A DNA stretch of 64,000 nt from Moniliella sp. 'wahieum' (Eukaryota), in assembly GCA_003971905.1 (NCBI GenBank), contig RSEE01000005.1:248001-312000 (forward strand), in the 5' to 3' direction. Positions 51,945 to 64,000 of this stretch are shown in pieces. Both the position numbers and the translations under genes were made by a program. A model generated the notes under the pieces. The model was given only the letters and a program-made list of their open reading frames with translations. It did no database searches and had not been told where the DNA came from. Numbering within the stretch: the stretch's first letter is position 1; each line of letters starts with the position of its first letter.

Positions 51945-54900
51945 ATGTCCGCCTCCCACTCCGCCCCGCCGCCCGCCTGCCTCCCCCCCCCTGCGCCCCC
52001 CTCGTCACCTTCCATGTCCCGCCCGTGCGCGCCTCCACCGCCTCCCCCTCCTCCGCCCCCCCCCCCCCCCGTCCCCCCCACGTCACCCTCCGCATCCCCT
52101 CCGCCACCCTCTCCCTCCCCCGTCCCCCATCCTCTCATCCCCCCCCCCACCCGATCTGCCCTCCGACGACAGCAGCCCCCCCACCACCTCCCACCGCCAC
52201 CCTCCCCATCGCCGCCACCCTCATCACCACCACCATTCCCCCGCGCCCGGCATCCCACGCCGCGCAAGCACCGCCAGTGCTCCTGCCCCCCTCGCCCCAC
52301 TGGCCCCACAAGCGCAAGGCTGCTGCCCTCGAGCTCCTCCAGACCGAGCGCCGCTACGTCGCCGCTTGACCCTCATTGAGCGGGCCTACTACCAGCCGCT
52401 GCGCACGGCCTCCTTGGCCTCCCTGCCTCCCCACCCGTTCCGCCAACATACTCTTCCAGCACCTCCCCCATCCCCCCGCTGCCGCCCCTGCCCCCTCCCA
52501 CTTCTCCCCCGCCCCTTCTCTCGGATAGTCCCGGCGGTGGATTTAGCGCCATGGCAAAATCCATTCTTGCTCATGAGCCACGGCCGTCGTTGCCCCTGCC
52601 TTCGGCGCCTCTGCTCCGGCTCTTCCACCCGAAACGTTGCGTGCGATCTTTGCCAACTTTGACCGCATCCTGCTTCTTAACACACGCTTTCTTAGTCTTC
52701 TCGAGGTTCGTCTGGCCCCTGCTGGCGAGGTGACCTGGGATGCTCAAATGGGCATGCTGGGCGATCTGATCGCCCAGATCGCCCCCTCCTTCTCCATCTA
52801 TGCCGATTTTGTCCGCAACTTTGGCTCCGCTCTTAGTCGTATCGAAGAGGAACAACGCGCTCCTGCCCTGCACTTGCTACCTTCCTGCAACGTGCCGAGG
52901 CGGCCTGTGTCCGCACTCAGCCACCGAGCATGCGAACAGTCTCAATGCGGCGCTCCGTATCCCACCCCCCTTCTTCCTCAGCAAGCACCCTCGACCCATC
53001 CTCCCCTCTTACTCCGCCCGAGCCCCCGTTGCCCGCCTCGTCGTTCTCTGCCCCATCGTCGTCCAGTGTCCCAGGAGTCGGGCTTGGGTTCCAAGCTCAT
53101 TTGCTCAGCATTGTTCAGCGCATCCCCCCGTTACCGCCTGCTGGTTCAGGCGCTCCTCAAGGCTACCCCGCCTAGCCACCGCGATTACCCCCTTCTCAAC
53201 CATGCCGCCGATATAATTGAACAAGGTACGTATGAGATCCATGTTGTCGGGCCCTTGGGAGAACACACACCCTTGACTAACCCTTTGGTAGTTGCCTCTC
53301 GCATCAACGAGGCCATTCGCTCCCACGAAGCAGCGCTCGAGCTAGTGGCCATTCAACGTTCGCTCCACGGCCTCCCCTTACCTCTGGTCGATGAAAATAT
53401 TGTTTCGTCCAGCAGTACGGGTGGAACGGCAAGTTCCGGACGACAGCTGATTGCACGTGGAACCTTTGGAAGTCTACCCGTAAAAATGTCCAGCCGCGTG
53501 CGTTCTTTTTACTATCGGATTCTCTTGTCTATGCACGACCCATGCTTGATTCTTCTGCCCTCACGCGATGGCCAACGGCGTTGGGCAGGTACCTGACGGG
53601 CTCCCCTTCAGGTTCCCAGGGCGGCGGCGGCAGCGGCGGCGACCCCGTCCCCCGTCCTTTCCCGATGAATACGGTGTTGTGTACACCCGCGGCCCACCCC
53701 CGCCACCATCGGTGGCGGAGTGGCAGCCACCTCCCCTGTCAGCATGCTCTTCCTCCTCTTCGTCCTCGGCATCTGGCTCCGCGAGTCCATGGTCGCCTGT
53801 GGACCTATTTGCGAGCCAGCCGCTCCTCTTCCGTGCCCGGTTCGATCTGGCTGAATGCACCCTTGTGGCTATTGATGATCGGATCAGTAGCCAGTCTTCT
53901 GGGCCCAGCGACTGGGGGGCAGCATTTGATCCCCTTTGACTGACCACCCTGCTCTCCCACGGTCTCGGACCGCTAGTCGCACCCGTACCACTTCCACTGC
54001 CTCAGTTCGCATCTTTCCCCCTTCTACTTCTGCCACGCCTCCGCCGCGCCCAGCTTCCTCGTCTGAATCTTGGCATTCGGGTCAGTACGCGTTTGAGCTG
54101 CGCACCCCGAAAAAATCTTTGCCATTTACGCTCCCGACGCAGACACCAAGAGATGGTGGATTGACAAGATTCGATCGACCCGGACCGAGTACTTGCAAAC
54201 CAAGCGACGTTTCGAATCTTCTTCTCCGCCTGTGCCTCCACCTTCGGCGCCATCACGCTCACTATCGTTATCCTTGCTTCCCAGGGGGCCGAGCCCCTGG
54301 GGCCGGACGCACCCCGTCCCCTCGCCGTCCTACGACCGGTTGGCGAAGCCGCCCAGCATCCTACGCCTCGGCTACAACCTTGGCATCGATCGACGATGCG
54401 CCACCGAGGAGGTGAGTGGGATTTCGCCCAGTCAACCATGGGGTACGGAACGGGATCGACACAGTTCGATCGCCTCCTTATCGTCCGGCGCGTTGGAGAC
54501 GCTCAATTCGCTCTTCACCCGCCGCGCCTCGGATGATACCCCACCCAGTGGACGTCGCAGCGTGCCCCCCGGGCCATTGGGAAGGGGGTCCAGTTCGCCC
54601 GCCCCGCCAATGTGGGTCCCCATGTTGGAAGAGTACAACGCACCGGTATGGTACCGGACAATACGCGGGACACGTGTGCGCTGTGCAACGAACCGTTCAC
54701 CCTGTTTCGGCGAAAACATCATTGCCGCCTCTGTGGACGGGTGGTGTGTGGCACGTGTTCCACGCGAAAATTCGCCATTGCATCGTACGATGGCGAACGT
54801 AGGGCCTCGGCCGCCTCTACCCCGCTCTCTCACCCCACGCTGGACTTGCCTCGGGTCCGATGCGCCTCGGACCACTACCTTGACCTGCCTGCTGGGCCTG

Positions 54901-56473
54901 GGGGCGGGGGCATGTCCAATGAGTTGGCGCGTGCGTGCGACCCGTGCTTTGTTGCTACCTTCCCCGACTTTATTGACGATTCGCCTCCCGCCACGTCGGT
55001 CCACGAAATGAGAGCAGGGGGCTAGCTCGGGTGCCGACTTGGGTACGCCCAGCCACGGTAGTGTGGCCATTGGCGCCCGCTCCACCTCGCTTTCCCATCC
55101 GCACAGCGAACGCATTCGTGTCGCCTCCTCCGTTTCCGCTCAAGCTCACTTCCCTGCCACCCAACCGGAGGACCCACCCGCCTGCAATGACCCGGACCCG
55201 ACGAGACGACGCGAGGGAGGGAGACTGAGGACCCCGCTGAGCCATCCGCTGCTGCTGGGATTGCACCCGAGACGGACCAGAACCAAGTTGTCTTTCCCAC
55301 CGTCGACACCCCCGCCCCACGTCCTCGTCCCCACCTCCCCCTGCGGCGGCGGACGAAGAGAGGGGACGAGGCCGGGAGAGGGAACTGGAGGCAACCCTCC
55401 CCGTGCCTCGTATACCGCGGCAGCGCTCCAGCCGCGGTTGGCCGGGCAAAAGCTCATGGGCGGATCGAGGCTCGAGGCGTTGCTGCACCCTGGGCAGGTG
55501 CACGCCGCTACGTCGGGCACGGCCACGTTGCGCCTCAGCGCCCCGTGCGGCCAAATCACGCCGGACGATTGGGACAGCCCGTCACCGACGTACGGCGTCG
55601 CGCCGTATGCCAGTTCTCTTAAGCAGCGGCACCCGGTACGCCTGGCGGTCTTACTCTCGTCGCCGCGCCGAGGCACAGTGCCGTTCCCGGCGCTGCCGAG
55701 TTCCGCCTTGCCCAAGGACAACCCGAAGGCGACCGCAACCGCGAGCGCGGCCCAGGCGTTGCCGTCCCCAGCGGGCTACTTTGATCTGCCCCTGGCCGAT
55801 GCCCGCGCTCTTCCCCCTCGCCTGGCGCTGGCAGCAGCTCCACCACCCTCTTAACTCCTACCTTGACTGCACGCGGAGGAGGGGGCGAGGCAGGTGCCGG
55901 GCTGGGCCCAGCGCCTGTACCTGTCCCCGTACCTACCCCGACACCGGGGACACCTCTACGCCACCCACGCCACGGCCCTTGCGCATTCGCTCAGTGCCTA
56001 TGGACCCCCCGGCGGGTCGAGGAACAGGCCCGCGAACAAGAACGACAAGGAGAACAAGAGAGAGCGACAAGGACGCCGACAACGGCCACGACCCGTCTCA
56101 CACTCCTTTGGCCCTTCCCCGTCCTTCTTCCCCCTGCGCGGCGCAACGTAGCTCGCGACGCCGTCCGTGTCGGGGTGACGGCCAACCGGCCGATGCGCGT
56201 GTCGCAGGGCCAAGAAGCTGCGCCGCTCGCGCTGCGCAGGACTGTCACTGCCCACGTGCCTTCCCGCTCCACCTGGCGATTGTCCAATCCCTTGTCCAAT
56301 TCCTTGTCCAGCCACCTGTCTAGCCACCTGTCCCCCGTACCGGCTTCTCCGGCCTCGTCGACTGGGCGCGAGCCTTTGCCCGCGCCCGGCGCGGCGACGC
56401 AAACACTTGTCTGCCGTTGCGCGCTTGACCAACGTGTACAATTCGTTCACCCGCGCTCCCCCCGGCGCCGTGA
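51945..56473 (+). CDS. DH-PH-FYVE Rho/Cdc42 GEF (FGD/Don1-like architecture)
   Basis: DH: ELLQTERRYV, IFANFDRILLLNTRFL, HLLSIVQRIPRYRLL, INEAIR. PH: RQLIARG, FFLLSDSLVYA, YAFELRTPKKS, WWIDKIR. FYVE: APVWVPD...CALCNEPFTLFRRKHHCRLCGRVVCGTCS...RACDPCF. The 3' end is uncertain (55854 or about 56470). Confidence 0.9.
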
Positions 56474-57667
56474 CTTTCCCCCTGGCACTCTTTGGCTGTC
56501 CTCTTGGCCCCGCCTTGGCGCTGGTTGATCGGACTTGTCGATCCAATTTGTTGCGTTCTATTCCGTTTCGTTTTCGTTCCGTTCCTATCGTTGGGACCAC
56601 CACCACTTTCAGTTGGATATCTTCCCCGCCGCCACTTTTTTCGTTCCGTTCTATACCCGCCCCCCACACTGCCTTTTTGACCCCCCCCCCCCCCCCACCC
56701 AGTCTCATATATGCGTACACACATCCACACGCCCCGTCCCACGTTCCCTTCCGACCTGGCTGGTCGACAGAAACACGGAACCCGGAGGCATGGCATGTCC
56801 GTGCGGCTTTGGGCAAGCGACAGGACGGCGCAGGTGGGACCCACGTGCCGTTCCAGTCCAGTCCAGCCCAGTCCGTTGCGTTGTGTTGCGTTGCGTTCTG
56901 TTGCGTTCGTTGCCGTTCCAGTCCATCTTTGTTACCCCCTTTTGCGCGAGAGTGTGTGCCCGAACCCCAGTCTGGACCACATACAGGAGCCTACACCATA
57001 GTAGCCTACAGCATGTTATCCCATACCATAACCCCCACGATACCGCCCATGGTGCCAGCGAGACCCGAGGAGTGAGCTCAAGCAGTGCGCTTGGGCGAGC
57101 GCCGCGCCGATGAGGACCCACGCTGGACGAGGGGCTGCGGGGGTAGGAGGACGGCACCTTTAGGGAGCAGCATTGGGGCCGAGTGGCACGGGGCGCTGTG
57201 ATAGGGGATGGACGGAGCAGTGGGGCCCGGGGGCCGAAGGAGAGGCGGAGGGGGAGGAGCAAGATGTGAGGATGGGCGCGAGGCGGGGGTTAGAGAGGAA
57301 AGAGGGCCGAGGCAGGGAGTGGGGACGGAGAATATCGGACTCTTGGAACTATGTCAACTGCAAGAGGAGAGGGGCGGCCACATGAAGCTTGAACATTCCT
57401 TAGTAAATAGGACGAGCGGCTGCCGCACAGAACGCCCCGGCTGTTGGTGGAGCGTAAGGGTCACAGGTATCATCTCGCTAAGCAACAATTAAGTTATGTA
57501 TATAGTGCATCTCATGGCAGCCTAGTTTATTACCAGAGTGTAGCCGAAACTCAGTTGTCGTTGCGCAATGCATTGGACTCCTGGTAGGGCCCGAGTCCTC
57601 AATTTATTGATTCACGGTCTTCGTCGCGTTATTGGGAGGTGGGGAGAGGTTATTGGGGCTTCAGCGT

Positions 57668-58859
<1,192 letters not shown>

Positions 58860-60417
58860 TCAGCGCTGAGGCTCAGCCTGAGCGCTCTGTGGGTGCGAAA
58901 TAGTACATGGGAACACTTACAGCTGATTAGGATGAGAAGAGAGTAACAGGGGGAGAGGCTCGTGCACGGTGGGCCTGATCTGTGCGCAAGCACATTGCGT
59001 GTTGCACAGCGACATTCAAGACTCAGCGTCAGCGACCCCCCAACAAATTCGGGCGTGCAAAACCATGCCTCCGGCTCAACTACCCTCGCGGCCCCGGGAG
59101 GTGTCTGGGAGATTGAGCGTTTGGTGCGGTGACATGGACCAGCCATCTTCTGACTCGGACGGCAGGGCAATGGGCCCATCTCGGTCATGCTTCAAGCATC
59201 GAGATCGGGTTCATCTCCACCATGACTAGTTGTAGGCTGGCTGTCGGATATGCAAAAACGACAGCGGGGATGATCCGTGCGAAGGAGGATGGGGAGACGA
59301 GCTGCTATCTGTGCTGTTGGTTTTTGGAGCGCTGAGCATTTCCGCCACAGTCACCGGCTGTGCCGTGGTCCTGGCGGCGACAGGCACCCAGGTGTGGTGC
59401 GCTCGCGCGTGCCCAACCCAACGACCATGGCTCTCAGAGATCTCATTAGTATCTGTGTGCTACAATATGTCCGGGACGATGCGAGAAGTACGGAGCATAT
59501 CCATTAGGAATGCAACACTCGTGTAGTGGCAAGACGGGCCCAACCGGCAACGAGCGGATGGAGGCAAGCAGGCACCAGCCAAGTATGTGTGGGAAAGAAG
59601 CAGGCGTATATACTACGCTTCGCTCGATGCTACCGCCAGAAGTAATAGGTGGCTAAGCGTTCCAGTGCACACTTGGCTACTGCGAGGCACCATGCATTTT
59701 AACTTTCACCAGAATCCATCACGCATCCTAGTCACCAACCAGCACACCATCCATCATCCATCACTAGTCCACTAGTCACTACAGTAGTCTTCACCAGGTC
59801 ACTGATAGCTGCTCGCCACGACCAGCTACCTATACCTACTACCCACTACCCAGGGTGGTCCGTGCAGACCACACTACCACAGCAGCTGGCTGGCACTGGC
59901 GCCATGCCCCACCCCCTGACAACCCGTATGAATGGGAGTAAATGTTCAACAAAAGGTGCGCAGCGGAAACCATACTCGACCCCGAGAGATGTACACCCCC
60001 AGCCCCTCTGGCGAACTGCACCCTCGCCTCTCTTCTCCGCACACCCCTCTTTCATCTTCAAGCTTCAAGCTTCACTAGGATAATCGTCGATAACCCTCCG
60101 AGTCATATTTTCGCTTCCTCCGCAGAAGTTGTGCTGGTCATCATACCCGACTAACCGTGGATCATTGTGCCACCTGTGCCCTGCCCTCTGCCCTTAGCTG
60201 CCCTCATATACTTGTGCATTACAACCATTCCTCTGCTCGGCGATAACATGTGACAGAGCAGCAACCGCCTCTCCCTTGTCCACAGCCTTCTCTTACGCAT
60301 GGAATAACCGTTGGAACAAAAGAGTTCGACCAATCGGTCTCCCTCTTCGACGGGGCGGAGTAAATATTTGTTGGAGGGGGAGGGGATAAACCATTTACCC
60401 TCGCTCATTCCAATCCT

Positions 60418-60441
60418 TCACCGATCATCAATCATCGATCA
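60418..60441. promoter_or_regulatory. Period-7 array TCA-CCGA-TCA-TCAA-TCA-TCGA-TCA in the THI4-glycogenin interval
   Basis: TCA at 60418, 60425, 60432 and 60439. Function is inferred only. Confidence 0.45.
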
Positions 60442-61934
60442 TGGACTATCGATTATCTCCATAATGTGGCCGGTGGAAAGGTGCTTTGTTTTGTGGTTTG
60501 ACCTGTCAAGAAGCTGTCAACCTGTCAAACATTTTTCTGTTACGATGTAACAAACGGGTCCCTTCCAGGTGGATCTACGCCGCTCTTGCGGGAATTTGGA
60601 GTGGAGGCTGTTCGTACGTTGGTATATGGCATCAGATCCATCAGATGTGATGGATGATAAAAGGCCCTAATACTCGGACCTCATCACCATTGCTCCCTCT
60701 GCTTGCCCCCCGCCCCCCATTTTCGTGGATTCCACAGACACCCCGGTGTAGAGATACTATCTCCCTTGTCCCATCCTGCATTCCCCAAGCCTGTGTGGTG
60801 GCGCCAGCCGGGTAATGGAGAAACCCAGTGCGATCCAAATCGTGCTTGTTTTGTTCGTTCGCTCGCACGAGTTTTGGATTCTGTTGTACCCTGTTATTAG
60901 ATCCTGTTAGATCCTCCAGCAGGTCCTCCCGCACGAGCCAGTCTCATCGTATCAGCACGGAACAGCCACAGAGCTGTCACGGGCTGCGGCGGACACGAGA
61001 TGGTCCGACCCAAGCTAAGGCCCGCCTGCTCCGCACATGCCAAGTAGAGCGTGCACCGCAGGCCAATCAAGTGTGATGACGGTTGGCTAAAGTAAGTACC
61101 GTGGCCCGAAGGGTCATGCTCCGTGCGACAATAGTCGCCCCCCGCCCAAGTCCAAGTCGGCCGGCCTAAATAAGGCCACCGAGCTTCCAGTGCCGTGGCG
61201 ACGACTGTCGCCCCGTCCCCGTTTCCTTTTCCTTTCTCGGTCGCGCCTGCGGCGACCAACCCCGCTTTTGACATGTTTTCCTTTCTACACCCCCTCTTGT
61301 ATCCGTTTCCCTTTTTGATCCTGCCTGTACCCCTGGTTGATGGGGATCTTTTCCCCCACCTTCCATTCTCGTCATCCTCTCGTCTCCACTTTCGTCCCTT
61401 TCCCGCCTATCCTGTCCGACCACTCCTGCCCGTTTTCCAGCCAATTGATGCAGTACAGGCAGCTCCTCTTGTTAGCGTCCGACATCTCCTCCGACCTCGT
61501 CCTCCAGCCCTTCGTCAGTCCAATCGCGCGAGCCCTCCTTCGGTCGCGGCGATTCGCAGTCTCAGTTGAGGCAGTGTTTGTCCCCCTCTGCCTCCTCCCG
61601 TCCCTAAGTCCCGGAGGCTTCAGACACGTTACTACGGCCCAAGCCGGTGCAGACGCAGCCTTGCCACGCGTGCAGCCGCCCCACCAAAGGCCTCTCCTCG
61701 TCCCTAGCTCTCCGCTCGGACACACCAACCAGCCTAATCCCGAAACTACCGTGAGTCGACCTACCGTCGCCTAAGGATTGTACCCAAAAAACCCCAGGGC
61801 GGGCCCCTGGCGGCGCCCGCCCGTGACAAGAGCTATATACGTGCTCAGCAATACCCACTGGGTAACGTGAGCGCGTCAGCGCCTTCATCCGTCAGCGTCC
61901 CTCCAAGCCACAGCCACACTCTCATGTCTAACAT

Positions 61935-63038
61935 CTAAGCCTTATTCGGCTGCAATCGGCCCGCAGTCCACACAGTCGGCGCAGTCCGTATCCAGCTGCG
62001 CAAGCCTCGGTGGGAAAGGCGCCGAGCGCACATCGATCGCTGACACCGTGCTCGTGTCCCAACCGGGTGGCCAAAGAGAAGGAAGGGGAAGACCCCATAC
62101 TGTTCCCAACAACCCCACTCCATCGTCGCTGCAGCCATGGATGGAGAGAGAGGGCCGGATGCCCCAGAAACAGCCCACAAAAAGGACCAGCGTCTACGTA
62201 GGGCCAGCCGCCAGGACCAGAGGAGGGACTCAACGATCGAGTCAATGAGCAAAGGGATGGCTTGGTGGGGGTGTTTAGCTGTTATCAAGCTGATGCAATG
62301 AACGGGAGGTGAGGGGCGGGGAGGCGAAGCACTTGGCTCCCATTTGGACGGTATGCTGACCGTGAGGTTCACAGATGGGAGGGCCTTCTGATGAGAGCGC
62401 GTGGATCGTCCATCAAGGCATTGGCGGTGGCGAGGGAGCCCAGGGCGGGCTCCGAACCCAAAGAGGCGCCTGAGGGACGGAGAGGATGCTCGCTGAGACC
62501 CCCGGAGCACGGGACTATACTATACCGCATCTGACAAGAGAGAACGGAAGGCATTCAAGTTGAGCACAGAGGTGGTTCCGACGAGGGCGCGGAATGATTG
62601 GGCGCCAAGCGCACTGGCAGGTGGCGTGGAGGGGGGGGGCGATCCCAATAAGGGCTGGGCCCCTAGGCCCACGCTGTCTTGGGCCAGGAGGGTGTTGAGA
62701 AGGCGACGGTACGTGCTTTTGTACGTGGAGCTGCCAACAATAAACAGGATCAGTTCGTGAGACGCAGAACGGTGCCCAGTTGGGGCACGCGGGGGTAGGG
62801 GTAGAGCAGAGGTACTACAGAAGCGTGGTAGGGCGTGCAACCGTCGGCCTCGGCGAGGGAGGCAGCAGCCCATACAGGGCACGCGTCGATAGAGACAGGC
62901 CACGTGACCGGCGTGACCCCCCAGAGGCAGTGCCAGATAGCCGGGTGGGCTGTCTGTTGCGGGGCAAAACACCCATCCTGGGGGGTTGGGTAGTATTGGG
63001 TGGCGGGCATGCTTGCTACTGGCTGCGGGAATCATCAT
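61935..63038 (-). CDS. Possible orphan gene, divergent from glycogenin
   Basis: Two near-adjacent minus-strand ORFs (62520-63038, 61935-62510) with protein-like stretches such as ELILFIVGSSTYKSTYRRLLNTLL. No family recognised. Confidence 0.25.
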
Positions 63039-63156
63039 CTGTTCTCCGCGCCTTCATCATCCCCCAGGGGTCACCGTCGATTGGTGGGCAAGCACGCTCT
63101 CATGCCACCACCATCTCCCCCCTCCCGCCCCCTGCCGTGCCCCCGACACCCCGCTG

Positions 63157-64000
63157 ATGGCTGTGTCCCGCACAGCCGACGTGGCGTTCGTGACGCTCGT
63201 CACCTCCGACGCCTATGCCCCCGGCGCCCTTACCCTCGCCCATGCTCTCCGCTCCCGTGGCCACTCTCCCTTTGACCTTGCCGTCCTCGCCACTCCGGCA
63301 ACCTTACAACCTGCAACCCACACGCGCGCTCCGAGCTGCGTTCGACCTCGTGGTAGGCGTCGAGCCCCTCAGCTTGCGTTCCCTGTCGGCCCTGGCTGTT
63401 ACTCAATCGGACCGTGCAGCGCGTCTGGCGGCCGAAGAGGCGCGCAACCTCGCCGCCCTCGATCGGCCAGACCTCGGCGACGCCGGCGCACCCTTGACCA
63501 AAGTCCACGCCTGGCGCTTGACCATGTACAAGCAAGTCGTTACATTGATGCTGATATCTTACCGCTTCGCTCGCTTGACCATCTCCTTTCCCTACCTTTG
63601 ACTCCGGCTACCGTTGCTGCTGCGCCCGATACCGGCTGGCCTGATTCGTTCAACTCAGGCCTGATGGTATTTCGTCCGTCAGAAAAGACGTTTGCAGCGA
63701 TTGCGGCGTATGCGTTTAGCCACCCATCGTGGACGGGGCCGACCAAGGATTGCTCAACGATTTGTGGAGGACGAGGGCAAATGGGAACGACTGAGCTTCC
63801 TGTACAATGTTACCCCCACCTCTGGCTATACCTATTCGCCGGCCTGGAATCGATTCAGTCACGAGGTGTATGCAGTTCATTTTATCGGCTCGCACAAACC
63901 CTGGTTTGATCTGCCTCCCTTCGAGCCGCACAGGCAAGCGAACCTCTCTCTCCCACTTCGGCTCCGCTGGCAGGCGACTTTTCCACGCTGGCTTATACCT
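63157..64000 (+). CDS. Glycogenin-like glycosyltransferase family 8 protein (3'-partial)
   Basis: AFVTLVTSDAYAPGALTLAHAL, LTKVHAWRL, YIDAD (DXD), AAAPDTGWPDSFNSG, DGADQGLLN, FLYNVTP, HFIGSHKPW. Confidence 0.92.

Overview
Eukaryotic, GC-rich, gene-dense fungal DNA with short introns (GTRCGT/GTAAGC donors, CTRAC branch points). It looks like a basidiomycete, probably Ustilaginomycotina (inference). Recognisable genes in order: CSE1 (5'-partial), HIR1, DAM1, PCH2, an S/P-rich orphan, a UBL-BAG co-chaperone with in-frame stops, YKT6, an AWS-SET-postSET methyltransferase, a WAC-DDT-WHIM (Itc1/ACF1-like) protein with a long Gln-Ala repeat, a UFD4-type HECT ligase, NADP-glutamate dehydrogenase, RRP5, a divergent Cdc20/Fizzy WD40 protein, two low-complexity orphans, a DH-PH-FYVE RhoGEF, THI4 and glycogenin (3'-partial). 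Almost every gene, including essential ones, is broken by single-base frameshifts. These are most likely consensus errors of an unpolished long-read assembly, so gene boundaries are approximate. A 1.39-kb non-autonomous LTR element with near-identical 240-bp LTRs and a CCACT target-site duplication sits in a lower-GC island at about 14.4-17.4 kb. The most unusual signal is non-coding: most intergenic spacers carry short arrays of T[C/G]A triplets at exact 7-bp period, T[CG]A-N4-T[CG]A, with variable and often palindromic 4-nt spacers. No tRNA, rRNA, CRISPR array or riboswitch could be supported.
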